Below, piece by piece: positions 1 through 13,066 of a DNA stretch of 64,000 nucleotides. Both the position numbers and the translations under genes were made by a program. Numbering within the stretch: position 1 is the stretch's first letter; each line of letters starts with the position of its first letter. Origin of the DNA: Narcine bancroftii. Its lineage: Eukaryota. The DNA is taken from contig NC_091472.1 of the NCBI RefSeq assembly GCF_036971445.1, positions 63,736,001 to 63,800,000 on the forward strand, in the 5' to 3' direction. The notes beneath the pieces are model-generated. The model was not told the origin of the DNA, did no database searches, and worked only from the letters and a program-made list of their open reading frames with translations.

Positions 1-364
1 TAACTCTAGTTGTGGAAGGCTTTTAGACTACAGTAAGATTTCCAAAAGAAATAGTTCACTTAATTTATTCTGTCATGTTCCTTTGAAAAAAATATTAATT
101 TATATTATATCAACCCCAAGATCCACATATTGAGTGTTGGTACCCAAAATACTTATTGTAATCCAGAGTGGGCCACCTAAAATCTTGAAAAGCTGTAATA
201 TTATTTTGTCACTCACCAAGTCCTTATGCCTTCTTAATTATTTTTGAATCTCGCCAAGATATTTTATGCACTTGAAACCCAGAATCTGAATCTATTGCTT
301 CTAACTTTCCACTATCAATGGAAGTTAGCAGTTTAGATATTAAGGTCAAACCATTTTTTAAATT

Positions 365-1210
365 CAGTTGTGGATGTTGGTGTTGCTGATAAAGGCCACC
401 AATCCTAACTTAATTTGAGGCAATGGTGGTGAATTGTTCACATGAACTGCTACAGTTTTTGTGATTGTTATTTTTATAATGATGTTAATTGGAGAACTCC
501 AAGATTTTGATTTAGCAACAACAAAGGGATGGAGATGTATTTCTCAGTGTTGGTGGTTTGTGTTTGTAATATGAACTATCAATGACTCTAAAGACTGAGT
601 GAGGAACGATAGGCTTTAATACACATTAGATTTCGGCTGGCCCAACTCCATGTGCCTGAATGAATGGAAGGGGGCAGGGAGGTTGACCTTTATGGCCAGG
701 TCACAGGGGGAGGGGTTAAATGGTGTCCAGTCATCAGTGGGCGTGCCAGCCATTTGTGTACAGAGCAGCAGCAGTATATACATATATACATATCACTACA
801 GTTTGCTCCCTTGGTGCATCCAGATAATAGAGATCATAGATGGTGAAAGAAATCATGTTTGTACATATTTGAGCATGGAACACTTGGAGGAGAGGGAGTG
901 ATTGATCAGAGTGATAAACAGGGAGCTAATCAAGCAGCTTTATCCTGAATAGTGGAGGAGCTGTGTTCTCCCAAATATGGAAGTGTTATATTATCCTACT
1001 GTTTGTGGTTTAGATGGTTGAAAAGCTTTTGAAGAGCCAGGATGCCAGACACTCGTAATTGAATACCCAAGCTCTGACCTGCTCTTATAATTTAGGTGAC
1101 CAGTTCAGTTAAGTTTCTGGGCAGGTGTAGCCCTGAGGATGTTGCAATGGGTCAAAGTCAGAGAATTGGTTGAATTCTGACTATTTGGAAATTGTCATTG
1201 ATTGCAACTT
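365..1210 (-). mobile_element. Old, highly diverged LINE (L2/CR1 group) 3' part, interrupted by a solo LTR
   Basis: gatgttggtgttgctg...tggtggtgaattg...aactccaagattttga resembles the reverse complement of the LINE 3' end seen on + near 51130-51235. Confidence 0.55.
565..800 (-). mobile_element. Solo LTR (Gypsy type, about 236 bp)
   Basis: TG...CA termini (tgtaatatg...atcactaca); ATTAAA on the minus strand; shares cctttatgg and ggggagg motifs with the LTR at 58159-58399; imperfect gttt TSD. Confidence 0.65.
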
Positions 1211-1572
1211 GTATAACAGTCATGTTGGAAATTAGTATAATTTCTCCTGAATAATGTTTTCCAAAGCTTGATCAATGACAAATTGTAACTGAACCTGCCA
1301 GGTGTCAGTAGTCCATATGTCACAAATTTGCATATTTACTTGATCTATTAACATATTTTTTGTAAATTAGTACTTCCATCTATACCACTTGGTATGCTGC
1401 CTGTCTTTGTCTCCAGCAAGCATAAGCTGGTTACTATCTCACCTCATTCATTTTAACATGGCACATAATTACAGCTAAACGTGGTCTTTGTGGGATACCA
1501 TTAGCCATATTTTGCCACCTTTTTAGAAATCTGTGATCTTCTCCACTTCAAAGGAAGCATCCAACATATACA

Positions 1573-3631
1573 TAGCAATACCACCAACATATTACCTGTG
1601 TAACCAGTGAAGCCAGTATACTTGACCATTGCTACACCACCATCAAGAATGCCTACTAAGCCATTATATGCATGCATCTCGGGATGCCTGATGACCTGCC
1701 TGTACATCTACTCCTGGCGAATAAGCAGAGACAGAGGACTACAGCACCAGTGGTGAAGATGAAAGTATGGTCGAGGGAGGCAGAGGAGTACCTGCAGGAC
1801 TGCTTTGAATTGGTGGACTGAACCATATTTAAGGACCATCTTCAAACTTTAATGAACATGCAACAGCTATCACAGACTTCTTCAGGACCTATGTTGTCAA
1901 GGGTATGCCCACGTCCACATATCATGAGTACCCCAACTAAAAGCCATGGATGAATCAAAGGATTTTCAACCTGCTGAGGGTGAGGACTTAGGTATTTAAG
2001 ACCGGAAGTCCAGGTATGATCTACAAAAGCTATCTTAACAGTAAAGAGGCAATTCTGAGTGAAGTTAGAAACAGAATCAGATGCTCAACAGCTATGGCAG
2101 GACTCACAGGCCATTACATCCTTCAAGGTGAATCCTCACATCATAAATGGCTACGATACTTCACTACCTGAAGAGCTGGACACGTTTATGCTCACTTTGA
2201 ATTGAGAATTCAATGGTACCAATGATAATCCCTGCAGAAGCTGATGATAACTGTCTCTAAGATCAACATCAGAATATCTTTCAAGAGGGTAAACCATAGA
2301 ACATTACAACACAGAAATGACCCCTTCAGCCCTTCTTGTCTGTGCTGAACCATTTTCTTTTGCCTAGTCCCACTGAACTACACCCAGTCCATCATCCTCC
2401 ATACCCATCCTATTCATGTACCTGTTCAAATCCTTCTTAAAGCTTGTTCCACATTTCCACCATTCTCTGTGTGAAGAAACCCCCCCCCCCCTTCATGTTC
2501 CTCCAAAACTTTAACTCCTTTCATTCTTAACCCATGTCCTCTGGTTTGTATCTCATCTATCCTCAGTGGAAAAACCCTATTTATATTTACTCTGTCTATC
2601 CCTCTCATTATCTTAAATACCTCTTTCAAATCTCCCCTCATTCTTCTGCGCTTCAGGGAATAAAGTCCTAACCTGTTTAACCTTTCCCTGTAACTCAGTT
2701 CCTGAAGTCCAGGCAACATCCGAGTAAATCCTCTCTGCACTCTTTCCATCTTATTGATATCTTTCCTGTCGTTAGGTGACCAAACCTGCACAAGGCAGCA
2801 AGCCATCAGGTCCTGATGGCGTACCTGAAAATCTATGCCAACCAACTAGCTGCAGTGTTCACAGACATTTTCAATCTCTCATTGCTGCAATAGGAGGTTT
2901 CCAACTGCTTCAAAAAGTCATAAGTCACTCTGGTGCCCATGAAGAGCAGAGTGAGCTGCCTCAATGACTACAGACCAATAGCCCTCACATCTACTGTTAT
3001 GAAATGCTTTGAGAGGTGTAGAATTGAGTGCCAGAATTAAATCGTACCTAAGTAAAGACCTGGACCCACTGCAATTTGCCGTCCTCCACAATTGCTCCAC
3101 AGCAGATGCAATCTCACTGGCTCCTCGCTTAACTCTGGCTCACCTAGACAACAGCATCACATACATCAGGCTGCTTTTCATCAATTACAGCTCAGCTTTC
3201 AATACTTAATACTGGACAACAAGCTTCAAAACCTGGGCCTCTGCAACTGGATCCTTGACTTCCTCAGCGAAGGACCACAGTCAGTGCAAATCAGTAACAC
3301 TGTCTCCTCCTCACTGACAATCAATACCAGTGCACCTCAAGGATCCATATTTAGCCCACTGCCCTATTCTCTCTACATCCATTTAAATGCTATCTACAAA
3401 TTTGCCGATGAAACCAGTATCATTAGCAGAATTAGAGACGACAATGAGGAAATTTACAGGAGTGAAATAGATCAGTTAGTTGAGTGGTGTACAACAATAA
3501 CCTTGCACTCAATGTTAGCAAGACTAAGGAACTCATCGTGGACTTCAGGAAGGGGAACAGGAGAACACAAACCAGTCCTCATCAAGAACTTAAAATTCCT
3601 GGGTGTCAACATCTCTGATGATCTATCCTGG
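1573..3631 (+). mobile_element. Rex1/Babar-type LINE, degraded ORF (endonuclease end plus RT); 5' part of a copy that resumes at 19659
   Basis: Translated blocks [64 protein letters not shown]. Confidence 0.9.
2296..2786 (-). mobile_element. 5'-truncated CR1 LINE inserted in the Rex element
   Basis: ORF 2426..2845 contains ERVQRGFTRMLPGL...RRRMRGDLKEVFKIMRG...TRGHGL (CR1 C-terminus); ttctatg tail; aaacc present at both junctions. Confidence 0.92.
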
Positions 3632-3633
3632 AA

Positions 3634-5200
3634 GTGCAACAACCTCTTACAGAAAAGTCGGGGACAGCACTGGATGAGGAAGAATCAGTTTCAAGAGGAG
3701 ATTTATCAGCTGAAGAGGAGGAAAAAGAGGAAGAAGGGTTACAAGAAGAGATAATGGAAGAAACTAAATTTAATCTTCAGACCAAGGCAGAGAAGTTATC
3801 TATAATGATGATGAAACAGATTAATGTCATGAAAGTGAAAATGAGAGAAGGATCATAGGTTAAGGCTTAAATTAAAGAGATGAAAGAAGAAACTGATAAG
3901 GTACTGGAAGATGTAAATAAAATGAAGAAGAAATTAGAGAAAATGGAATAAACATTTACTAAAGTATAGGATGATGTTCAGCATGTGGAAGACAGGGTGT
4001 CTAATGTGGAAAATACAATTACTAGTTTAATTACAGTAAATGAAAAGCTTTCTGATAAAGTAGATATTTTGGAGAATTTCAGCAGAAGAAATAACATTAA
4101 ATTAATAAGTTTTCCAGAAGGGAAAGAAGGCCCAGATGTGATTCACTTCTTTCAAGACTGGGTTCCTAAAATATTGGGAGAAGACAATTTTGAGAATATA
4201 TTGACATTGAAAGAGCCCATATACAATTTTGAGAAAATATTGAAATTGACAGAGCCCATAGGGCCTTGAGATCTAAGCCTCTCCCTAATCAAAAGCCACA
4301 TTCTGAGTTATCAAGACAGAGAGAAAGTTTTAAGTCTTGCTGTGAAAGGAGTGAAGGAATGACAAGGTCCTTTGTTATGGGAAGGAGGTAGGATCTTGTT
4401 TTACCCTAATTTGAGTGAAAATATGTTGAGAAGGAGGAAAGAATTTAATTCAGCTAAGAAAAAGGTATGATAAAGATATGATAAAGGTTACAAGTTTGTC
4501 CTTCGATACCCTATGACTTTGAAAATTTTTGGCACAGAACAGATTCTTTACAAATTTTGCTCAACCAGAAGAATATGCTCGAAGTCTTCCTGCTCAACTT
4601 TTAGTAATTACTACAGATTTGATGCAATGAACTATCTTTTTTTTCCTTTCTTTTATTTTAATTTCATAATTGAAATGGAAGAATTTGGTGATGCATTTTT
4701 TCCATTATGTAATTTTATTTTGATTTTTGAATTATTTTAATTAGGATTAATTAATTAATTGATTCTTTTTTTATTAATTAATTGATTAAAGCTTGCATAT
4801 TGAATATACCAAGGGAGTTGGGAGGAGTGGATTTCTATGGGACTATGTGTTTGTTTGTGACTTTGGTCACAACCTGTAAGATGGAGGGAGTTAGTGTTGT
4901 ATTATAACACTAATTGAGAGAGTTTTTTTTCTATATTGTTTTTGGTATCAACTTGTATATATATAATATTTTGTATATTGCTGCTCTCTTTTTTCTTCTT
5001 TTGGATTGCTAGAGGATTTTTGTTAGATTTGGAGGAGATCTCCAGGATGGGGGTGAGGGAGAGGGATTAATTAATATTTGGTTTAGATGAGTAAGGTAAT
5101 TAAGTTTGTAAATTTTAATGTTAATGGACTAAACTTACAAATAAAAAGAAAGAGAGTGGATTTAGCTTTTATCCAAGAAACACATTTAACATAAAAAAGA
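3634..5200 (+). mobile_element. L1 element A: ORF1 relic, inter-ORF region and start of ORF2
   Basis: DILENFSRRNNIKLISFPEG (L1 ORF1p motif) with an acidic/coiled-coil N-terminus; ORF2 start at about 5088 reads MSKVIKFVNFNVNGL...AFIQETHL. Confidence 0.88.
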
Positions 5201-8200
5201 TCTGCCTCTCCCAGAAAGAATATCAAAAACCAATACAATCAGTTCATTCATGTATGATAAGCTTCTTCAAGATCTCTATTCACTTGATCATCATCTATTT
5301 CAACTTCAATTTACATCAACTTTTGGCGTTCCATCTAAGATTTTTCTCTCATTCTATCTTGGTTAATCTTCATTTGTTGGAAAGAATAATTCTGACTACC
5401 ATTTTGCTTATTATTAGGTAATGAATTAGCAAACTCCAGAGCTTCAGATTCATCAGCAAAGAATTGCGATTGGTAATCACCATAAAAAATTTTAAGAATG
5501 TGCCATTTAGTGGTGAAGGCTGCTTCCCATAACAGTGGGGATGAGTGCTTTCTGGGTTTTTTTTTTGTTTCATCTCTTTTTTTCTCTTTTTTTGGGGGGG
5601 ATTTCTTATTGTTCTATTTGGAGATGTAGTTGGGTTTTTTTAAGATCAGCTGTGGAGCTGAGATCTGCCAGAGCAAAAAAGGTGAGCTATATGTTGTAAA
5701 ATTATATTATGGACCACCGCAAGTGGGCTGATATCGCCTCAAACCGTGCATCTTGGCGCCTCACAGTTTGGCGGGCAGCAACCTCCTTTGAAGAAGACCG
5801 CAGAGCCTACCTCACTGACAAAAGGCAAAGGAGGAAAAACCCAACACCCATCCCCAACCAACCAATTTTCCCCTGCAACCGCTGCAATCGTGTCTGCCTG
5901 TCCCGCATCGGACTTGTCAGCCACAAACGAGTCTACAGCTGACGTGGACTTTTTACCCCCTCCATAAATCTTCGTCCGCGAAGCCAAGCCAAAGATATTA
6001 TGGTGGTAAATAATTTGAATTATGTAACATTTAATTTGAATGGGCTCAATAATCAAATTAAAATTAAGTGTTAGTTTACATAAAAAGTTATAAGTTGATA
6101 TTCCTTTTATGCAGGAGATCCATTTAACAGACAAAGAGTGTCAAAAGTTGAAAAAGGAATGGGTTGGTCAAGTTATAGCTTCATCTTTTATCTCTAAGGT
6201 GAGGGGAGTAGCTATCTTAATTAATTTAAAAGTTGCCATTTAAATTGCAATCAGTAGTAATTGATCCTGTGGGAAGATTTGCTTTGGTCAATTGTCAAAT
6301 TAATTCAGAATCTTGGACTTTTATGAATATTTATGCACCTAATATAGATGATGAGAAATTTATTCAAGATACATTTATTTTAATCTCGCAGAAACAAATG
6401 GAAATTTAATAATTGGTGGAGAATTTAATTTTTGTTTAGACCAATTGTTAGATATATCGCAAAAATCATTAACTAAAACAAAAACTGGTAAAAAGAATTT
6501 TGACATTATTGGAAGATTTAAATTGATGTTTGGAGAAAGTGAAATGCAAAGGAAAGAGATTATTCATATTATTCATATTGATTTGATTCTTATTCTAGAA
6601 TAGACTTATTTTTAAGTTCAGCTCAATTTGGATGTAATAATAATTCACCTTTATTGATGACATGTTCAAGTCTTGATAAAATTGATTCAATTTATAGAGA
6701 TAATATTTCCTCATTATTAAAGAATGTTGATTTTTATAATTTTATAAGGAGTCAGATACAAGAGTATTTACATACTGATATTGATTCAGTCGATAATAAA
6801 TCCATTTATGAGATGTGTTAAAAGCATATTTAAGAGGTCAGATCATTAGTTATACAGTGAGAATTAAAAGACAATATTTGATTGAAAGTCAAAATTTGGA
6901 AAAAGAAATTGAAAAGTAGAAAAAGAATTTCAGAAGAATTCTACTGAAAATAATAAGATCCATTTATCAAAATTAAAATTACGATATATATTGCAATCAT
7001 AGAAATATGAAAAAAAGATTCAAAGATTGAAACAGCATTATTATGAGTTAGGTGAAAGAGCACATAAGGTTTTAGCCTGGGAATTAAAAATGGAACAAGC
7101 ATCAAGAATAATTAATGGCATTAGGAAAGTTTCGGAGATCACTATAAACCTCAGGAAATGAATGAGGAATTTTTTTAGATTTTATAATTAATTGTTTACT
7201 TCTGAATGTAGACAAAATACTGAACAAATTGATTTGTTTTTGGCTAATTTAAAATGGCCATAATTGACTGGGAAAGATATCAATGATTTAGATTGTCCTT
7301 TTATGGAATTGGAATTAAAGGAAGCATTGCAATCAATGTCAGGAGGAAAGTCCCCGGGTGAAGATGGATTTACAGTAGAATTTTATAAAGAATTTAATGA
7401 TTTGTAGTTTCCAATTTATATGGAAGTTTTGAAGCAGGCAAATGAGATGGGTTCATTTCCAGAATTGTTTTCGAGGGCATTGATTACTGTTATTCCAAAG
7501 AAAGATAGAGATCCATTAAAAGTGTCTTCTTACTGACCAATATCATTATTAAATGTAGATTATAAAATTGTTGCAAAAGTATTAGCTCATAGATTGGCTA
7601 ATTATTTGCCAAAATTAATACATGTTGATCAAGCTGGATTTATCAAGGGTCAATATTCAGTTGATAATGTCACTAAATTGATTTCTATAATTAATGCTGC
7701 TAGACAGCAAGCTAATCAACTAATGATAGTGGCGCTAGATGCGGAAAAGACTTTTGATAGGGTTGAGTGGAAATTTTTATTTAAGGTTTTAGAAAAATTT
7801 CAATTGGACAGACTTGGGTTAAAGCTTTATATACAAATCCTACAGCACAAATAATGACGAATGATCTGATTTCACCGGCTTTTACAATATCTCGATCAAC
7901 TAGGCAAGGTTGTCCTCTTTCACCAGCGTTGTTTGCATTGGTAATAGAACCTTTAGCTCAAGCTGTTAGGCAAAATTTGGATATTAAAGTTATTAAAGTA
8001 GGTGAACAGGAATATGATTAATTGGTTTGCTGATGATGTTTTAATATATCTAACATATCCCAAAGAATCTTTGAGGATGTTGCAAAATTTATTACATCAA
8101 TATGGCATACTGTCAGTTTATAAGGTTAATTGGGAGAAGTGAAATATTGCCAAAATCAAATGAGGATTATTTAGATTGTAGACAGATTACTAAATTTAAA

Positions 8201-9917
8201 TGGTCTGATAAGATTAAATATTTAGGAGTTATAGTTAATAACGATTATCAGGACATATATTTTGAATTATATGCCTTTGTTGAAGAAGATTAAAATTGAT
8301 TTACAGAAATGAAAAGATTTGCCATTAACTTTAATTGGGAGAGTAAATTATATAAAAATGAATATTTATCCTCGTATACAATATCTTTTTCAATCTATTC
8401 CATGTGTGATTCTGAAGAAATTTTTAAAAGAATTAAATAAAGTAATTTGATTATTTTTACAGAAGGGTAAATTATCTAGGATCTCTATGCATAAATTAAC
8501 ATGGCGGTATGAATGGGGGGGGGACTTCAATTACCAAATTTTCAAAATTATTATGAACCAGCACAGTTGAAAGTTATTAATTTATTAATAGGTTGTTTGA
8601 TGGGCTAAAGTTGAATTAGATTACATTTTTGAAAAATAAATGAGTCAATTTATTTATAAATGGAATCCTTTATTATTACAAATATATAATTTACCAGTAT
8701 TAAGACATATATTGGATATTTGGTATAAGCAGGATCAGCTTATATATTCTAAAGGGAAAATTTCTATTAAATCACCGTTGTATCAGAATAAATTAATTCC
8801 GTTTTCTTTAAACAATCCTTATTTGAAAAATTGGAAATTGAATGGAATTAGTATTATACAAGATTGTTTTGAGGTGGGTAAATTTTTTACATTTAATAGA
8901 TTACAAGAGAAATTTGGTATTTCTACAAATTCTATTTTTACTTATTATTGAGTTCGAGAATTTTTGTGAATACAATTTGGTAAGGAATTAATTTTACCAA
9001 GCCAATCTAAGTTTGAGATTTTAATGGTTGGTAAGGACACAAAAGGATTTATATCAGATATGTATAGGTTGTTCCAAGAAAAGGTGGATAAAAGAAAAAT
9101 GGGAGAAAGATTTAGATATTGAATTGTCTTGGGAGGAATGGTCAAATATGTGTATGGATAGTGTTACAAAATTAATTAACGTGAAATATAGTATGATTAA
9201 TTATAATTTTATTCATCAATTATATTTGACTCCTGAGAAGTTGAAGAAATATGGATTTAGTCCAACAGATTTGTGATTTGGATGTGGAGAAAAGACAGAC
9301 ACTTTTGTGCATTGTGTATGGACATGTAAGAAAGTTAAACTTTTTGGGAAAAAGTTATTAAATTTTTGAGAGATTTATTTACAATCAATTTGAAAATGGA
9401 TTAAATGATGTGTTTATTGGGATATATAAATGCTGTTCCTTTGGGATTGGTTGATAAGCCACAATTTGCATTTTTGCAGTTAGGGTTAGCAGTTGCAAGA
9501 AAATGTATAGTGATAACTTGGAAAAATTATGTGGAATTGATTATACAAGGGTGGCATAATGAATTGCAATCGTGTTTATATTTGGAAAAAAATAATTTAC
9601 AATTTGCAAAATAGTTATTCTTTTTTATTAAAATGTGGACTTTATATTTGGATTGTATGATTATTCATCTTAAGTAAGAATTATGTAGAGAGTTGGCACA
9701 TTGATTAACTAATTTTAAATGTAAAATTTTTAAGGCTCCGAAGGGTGAGGGAGAGAATTAAAATGATGTAGTTAGTAGAAGGAGGGAGAGGTTGGGGGGG
9801 GGGTTTATTATCCTTATTATTTTTTATACTTTTTCTTCTTTTTTATATATCTGTATTTGTATCATGTTCTTTTTTAGTAATATCTTGTAAAATTCTTAAA
9901 TAAAATTTTCAAAAAAA
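5201..9917 (+). mobile_element. L1 element B with inverted 5' segment (about 5201-5500) and a near-complete decayed ORF2
   Basis: Minus-strand ILKIFYGDYQSQFFADESEALEFANSL (ORF1 C-terminus); ORF2 from about 6000 with NIYAPN, GKSPGEDGF, DQAGFIKG, LDAEKTFDRVEW, RQGCPLSP, FADDV, KYLG; AATAAA at 9899 and an A-tail. Confidence 0.9.
5713..5995 (+). mobile_element. Short 5'-truncated RTE LINE with 8-bp TSD
   Basis: WADIASNRASWR...FPCNRCNRVCLSRIGLVSH; 3' end gaagccaagccaaaga; TSD tattatgg at 5705-5712 and 5996-6003. Confidence 0.93.
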
Positions 9918-12900
9918 GGAGGTCAAATAATAAGTTATTCAATAAAGATTAAGAAAGATTATCTTAAAGAAGTAGATAAATTAGAAAAAGAAATAGTGAC
10001 TTTTGAGAAGAATTTACAAAAAGATCCATCTGAGAGAAAATAATAGAATTAGTAAGTAAGAAAATGTATTATAATTCTATACAAACATATAGATTGGAGA
10101 AATTAATTTATAGAATGAAACAGAAATATTATGAATTAGGAGAAAGAACACACAAGGTTTTGGCTTGGCAATTGAAAACAGAACAAACATCAAGAACTAT
10201 TAATACTGTTAAAAAGAATTCAAAAATCACTTTAAAAACCTCAGGATATTAATGATTCTTTTAAAGAATTCTATACTAAATTATATGCATCTCAATCAAA
10301 TAATGATGAGGAAAAGATTTTTTTTAATCTAAACTTAAGCTTCCATCTTTAAGTTGTCAACCTTATAAAGATTTAGATTTTCCTTTTATGGTTAAAGAAT
10401 TTATTAAGGCTTTAAATAGTATGAAAAATGGTAAATCTCCAGGTGAGGATAGCTTTACTTGTGAATTTTATAAAAAGTTTAAAGATTTACTGATGCCTTT
10501 GTTAATGGAAGTGTTAAAACAGGCAATTCAAACTCATTCATTACCAGATTCTTTTTCAAATGCTATTATAACAGTAATACCTAAGAAAGATAAAGAAACG
10601 TTAAAACCTGAGTCTTATAGACCTATATCATTACTGAATGTTGATTATAAAACTGTAGCTAAAGTTAGCAAATAGATTGAATCAATATAAACCAGAATTA
10701 ATTCATTTAGATCAACCTGGATTTATGAAAAAAAAACAATATTCTGCTCATAATATAGCTAAATGAATGTGTCAGATTCATGCATCTCAAAAGAAATTAG
10801 ATTTAGCTTTAGTTTTATTATTGGATGCTAATAAAGCTTTTGATAGGTTAGAATGGAATTATTTATTTAAAGTTTTAGAAAATTTTCAATTTGGACCAAT
10901 ATTCATTAATTGGATTAAGACTTTATATAAAAATCCTTTAGCCAGAGTGGTTACTAATAGACAAGTCTCTTCTTCTTTTTCAGTAACTAGATCTGCTAGA
11001 CAAGGATGTCCTTTGTCTCCAGCCCTATTTGTTTTGGTGATTGAACCATTAGCACAATTAATAAGACAAGAGAGTAATATTAAAGGAATTAAAGTGAAGA
11101 GTGAGGAATATAAGATTAGAATGCTTGTTGATGATGTTTTAATTTATATAACTGATCCTGAACAATCTTTAAATTTATTGTATAGGAGTGCTCTCTTTGG
11201 CAACACATATACTAAAATTTATTATATAGGAAGTTACAAGATTATGGAGAAATATCTGGCTATAAAATTAATCGGGATAAAAGTGAAATTATGCCATTAG
11301 TTGAGGGGGATTATAGTCAGCGTAAGCAAATTGCTCATTTTAAATGGACACCAAATCCAATTAAGTATTTAGGAATTAAAATTAAGAAAAATTTGGATAG
11401 TTTGTTTAAATTAAATTATTTGCCATTACTTAATAAAAGATGATTTAAATAGGTGGAATGATTTACCTTTAACTTTAATAGGTAGAGTACATTGTATTAA
11501 AAATGAATATTGCTCCAAGGATTCAATATATTTTTCAATCTTTTCCTTGCCAAATACCTTAAAAAAAACTTTAAGATCTTCATTTAGCTATTATAAAATT
11601 CTTATGGAAAAGGAAAATGGCTAAAGTATTTTGGAAAAATTAACTTAGAAATTTGAATTAGGTGGTTTACAACTTCCACATTTTCAGAATTATTAAGCTG
11701 CTCAATTAAAATTTATTAGTGCAATGTATGGGTAAATATAGAATTAGCTAAAATTGGTGAAGAGGATATGCAAGAGTTTATTTATAAATGGAATTCAAAA
11801 TTATTAATTGATAAGGATCCACCAATACTTAAACATTTTATTGAATTATGGAATAGAGTTGATTTTGAGATAGGAGTAAAGAGTATGATTTCATCTAAAA
11901 CACCTTTATATCAGAATAAACTTTTTCCATTTACTGTTGGTAATCAGTTTTAAAGATATGGAATCAAGCAGGGATTAAAAAGATGGAGGATTGTTTTGAG
12001 GCTGGGAAATTTATTTCTTTTAATCGAATGTAAGAAAAATATAAAGTACCTCTAACAATACTTTTTTTGTTATTACAGGTATCAAGTAAAAGTTTTTTTA
12101 TTGAAAAGTTAGGTAGTACTTTAAAATTAGCCAGACAACCTGCTTTAGAATTATTAATTACTAAAGGAGATATAAATAAGTTTATTTCTGAAATGTGTAA
12201 ATTACTACAAAGGAAAATGTCTAAATTAAATATTTATAAATGAAGATTAAAATGGGAAACTGATTTGAATAGGAAAATAGATGAAAATTATTGGAGAAAT
12301 TTATGTAAAGATTATATGACTAAACTTATTAACGTGAGATATAGGTTCGTTCAATTTAATTTTTAACATCAATTGTATTTAACCCCTCAAAAATTAAAAA
12401 GATTTAATTTAATTTCTTCAGATTTTTGTTTTAGATGTGGTAAAGAGATAGGTTCCTTTTTGCATTCTGTTTGGTTATGTTCTAAAGTTTTAAAACATTT
12501 TGGTTACAAGTTAAATTAGTTTTGGATAAAATATTGAAAGTTAAACTCCTGTTTGATCCAATGGGAGAATTACAATTATGACTTTAAAATTAGATTAATT
12601 ATGTATCAAATTGAATTTTTACGATTAAATCTAGCTTTATCTAAGAAATGTTTGACGATTACTTGGAAATTTGATTTGTTGGGGGTGCAAAGATGGCATA
12701 TTGAAATGAAATCTTGTATTCCTCTTGAAAAGATAACATAATTTACGGGATCAATATCTTTTTTTTTTCGAAAGTATGGAGACCATATTTAACAACTGTT
12801 GGTTTGAAGAAGTGAACTCTCAATCCATTCTGGTGATGAGTCTTAGTTCCACAGCTACAAGTTGAATGATGTATAATTGATCTCCTTTCTTTTTTCTCTT

Positions 12901-13066
12901 TTAGTGGGTAAATGTAGGGGGAGGAGGGGTGTGGTAGGGGAGTAATGGGGAGGGAGAGGGAGTTTGTTTTTTTAAACTATATAATTTGTCCACATATTCT
13001 TTTCTATATGTATTTTATTATAATTGAATGTAATTGTGGCTTTTAATTTTCAAATAAAGTATTCAA
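9918..13066 (+). mobile_element. L1 element C, 5'-truncated ORF2 plus 3' UTR
   Basis: YYELGERTHKVLAWQL, GKSPGEDSF, YRPISLLNVDYK, AFDRLEW, RQGCPLSPALF, LVDDVL; G-rich 3' UTR; AATAAA at about 13053. Confidence 0.9.

Noticed and set aside
1-1570. Upstream CIMIP6 exons (expected PYD...STQR.DF-like motif)
   Set aside because: No matching peptide with splice sites found here or at 20190-20770; they are presumably upstream of the window.
4184-4260. 39-bp tandem duplication (also a 42-bp-period repeat at about 15354-15425)
   Set aside because: Two-copy local duplications inside TE ORFs, without spacers; not CRISPR-like.
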